64,000 nt of DNA. It comes from Alphaproteobacteria bacterium (GTDB lineage Bacteria > Pseudomonadota > Alphaproteobacteria > MPNO01). The stretch is taken from contig CBDFLJ010000001.1 in assembly GCA_965248835.1 (NCBI GenBank), positions 1,344,001 to 1,408,000 of the forward strand. The letters are read 5' to 3'. The notes under the pieces were generated by a model, which worked only from the letters and a program-made list of their open reading frames with translations, was not told the DNA's origin and did not search any database. Each line of letters begins with the position of its first letter. Positions within the stretch are counted from its first letter, which is position 1. This document shows, one piece after another, positions 62,358 to 64,000 of the stretch. Position numbers and translations under genes: made by a program.

Positions 62358-63283
62358 GACGAATCGGCCCGGCCCTTCCGCGGATCCGCGGCTTCGCCGG
62401 CGGAACGCTCTTCGCTGCCCAACGCCTCGGCCAGGCGCGCGGCGGCGCTGCCGGGGCGCAGCGGCCGCTGCTGGTCCGGACCGGGCGCCCAGCCGGTCAT
62501 GGTGAGGATCTCGAAAGTCGCCGGGATGCGGCCCTCTGCGTCCGCGAACAGCGCCCGGTAGCGCTCAGCGGCGTCCAGCAGCGTCGCCCGCCGGGTCGGC
62601 CGGCGCAGCCGTTCGGAAAGCGCGTTGGCCTCGCCCATCGCGCGCAGGTCGGCCATCAGGGCAAGCGGGTTGTCCCAGGTCACGGTGATCGTATCGCTGT
62701 CGACCACGGGAAGTGCGAAGCCCGCGCGTTGCAGCAGCCCGCCGGCATCGCGCACGTCGGTGAACGGGGCGACGCGCGGGCTCGCCCCGCCCTCGTGCGC
62801 GGCCTCGGCCTCGATCAGCGCCCGCCGCAGCTCGTGGAGCGTCCGACCGCCGGCCATCGCGGCGAGCAACAGCCCGTCGGGCTTGAGCGCGCGGCGGATC
62901 TGGACCAGCGCGCCCGGCAGGTCGTTGACCGTATGGAGGCTGAACGCGCCCAGGACCAGATCGAAGGCTTCGGCGGCAAAGGGCAGCGCCTCCTCGTCGG
63001 CCACCACCGCGGGCCGTGCCGCGCGCCGGGCCAGCGCCTCGGACAGGTCCATGGTGGTCAACATGCGCACCCCCGGACGCCCGGCGACCAACGCGCCGAG
63101 CCGACCGCCCAGCGCGCCGATGACCAGCACGCTCGCGAAGGCCCGGCGCAGATCGTCCAGCCGGTCGCACAACCGGTCGGCGATCGCCTCGGCCAGGAAC
63201 ACCGCAGGCTCCGCCATCGTGCCCGCGCGCGCGCGGCGGCGCCTGACCGCCAGCCGGTCGAAGACTTCCACGGGCTCGGCCAT
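62354..63283 (-). CDS. SAM-dependent methyltransferase (BioC/NDUFAF5-like)
   Basis: VFDR..RR, ADEEALPF, VNDLPG, GGRTLHELR, LLQRAGFALPVVD. Confidence 0.88.
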   Translation of the reverse strand: MAEPVEVFDRLAVRRRRARAGTMAEPAVFLAEAIADRLCDRLDDLRRAFASVLVIGALGGRLGALVAGRPGVRMLTTMDLSEALARRAARPAVVADEEALPFAAEAFDLVLGAFSLHTVNDLPGALVQIRRALKPDGLLLAAMAGGRTLHELRRALIEAEAAHEGGASPRVAPFTDVRDAGGLLQRAGFALPVVDSDTITVTWDNPLALMADLRAMGEANALSERLRRPTRRATLLDAAERYRALFADAEGRIPATFEILTMTGWAPGPDQQRPLRPGSAAARLAEALGSEERSAGEAADPRKGRADSS

Positions 63284-63383
63284 GGCGGGTTTATCGCACC
63301 CTCGGCGCCCGGCACAAAGTGCCGTGCGGCTTGTCGGTAGCATGCGGGCTGCCTAGACTCGCGGGTCTTGGGAGGATCACCGC

Positions 63384-64000
63384 ATGGTAAGGACGGTCAC
63401 GGCACAGGCGTTGCGCGCGATGCTGGTCGACGGCGACGAGCTTGCGCTGCTCGATATGCGCGAGGAAGGCCGGTATTCCGAGAGCCATCTGCTGTTCGCC
63501 TGCTCGGTGCCCCTGAGCCGGCTGGAGCTCAGGATCGATGCACTGGTGCCGCGCCGGTCCGCGCGGATCGTGCTGTGCGACGAGGCCGACGGCCTGGCCG
63601 CGCGCGCGGCGCAGAGGCTGGAGAGCCTGGGCTATACCGACGTCGCGGTATTGGATGGCGGGACCGAAGGCTGGCGCCAGGCGGGATACGTGCTGTTCAG
63701 CGGCATCTACGTCCCCAGCAAGGCGTTCGGCGAACATGTCGAAGAGACCTGCCACACGCCCAACATTACCGCCGAGGAGCTCAAGGCCCGGCTCGATGCG
63801 GGCGATGACCTGGTGGTGCTCGACAGCCGGCCGATGGACGAGTTCCGCCGGATGAACATCCCCACCGGGATCGACTGTCCGGGCGCGGAACTGGCCTACC
63901 GGGTCCACGATATCGCGCCTGCGCCCGAGACCACGGTGGTGGTCAACTGCGCCGGGCGCACCCGCAGCATCATCGGCGCCCAATCGCTGATCAACGCCGG
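63384..64000 (+). CDS. Multi-domain rhodanese-related sulfurtransferase, runs off the window edge (absent from ORF track)
   Basis: ATG 63384 after GGAGG: MVRTVTAQALRAMLVDGDELALLDMREEG..; later VPSKAFGE, LDSRP, VVNCAGRTRSIIG. Confidence 0.85.
   Translation, partial: MVRTVTAQALRAMLVDGDELALLDMREEGRYSESHLLFACSVPLSRLELRIDALVPRRSARIVLCDEADGLAARAAQRLESLGYTDVAVLDGGTEGWRQAGYVLFSGIYVPSKAFGEHVEETCHTPNITAEELKARLDAGDDLVVLDSRPMDEFRRMNIPTGIDCPGAELAYRVHDIAPAPETTVVVNCAGRTRSIIGAQSLINA

Overview
GC-rich bacterial DNA, very probably an alphaproteobacterium (GapR/DUF2312, DUF1244, rpsU-def-COQ9 block, CIRCE-controlled groESL). The window has two parts. (1) About 1-48 kb is an accessory mosaic. It holds catabolic and transport genes: two xanthine-dehydrogenase-family Mo subunits, TRAP, NitT/TauT and Liv-type ABC systems, an amidase, a GST, a deaminase, an MHPCO-like monooxygenase and a cupin dioxygenase. 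These are interleaved with two intact toxin-antitoxin modules (Xre-RES, Phd-PIN), a BrnT remnant and a HEPN/Abi_C defence-like gene. Mobile elements comprise one complete IS1380 (14-bp IRs, CTAA target duplication) and many unannotated remnants of IS1380, IS630, IS3, IS110, IS256-like elements and an integrase. (2) About 48-64 kb is mostly core genes (gapR, frameshifted fadD, pepF, ubiB-like kinase, bioA/B/F, rpsU, def, COQ9). The best candidates for something new are three: a two-gene lipid-tailoring module (ferritin-like diiron enzyme + adenylation-ACP-acyltransferase fusion, 42354-45882); a ~112-bp palindromic repeat sitting beside both TA modules; and an IS1380 inserted between the Shine-Dalgarno sequence and start codon of the HEPN defence gene. 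All calls come from reading the sequence and recalled family motifs; no database searches were run.
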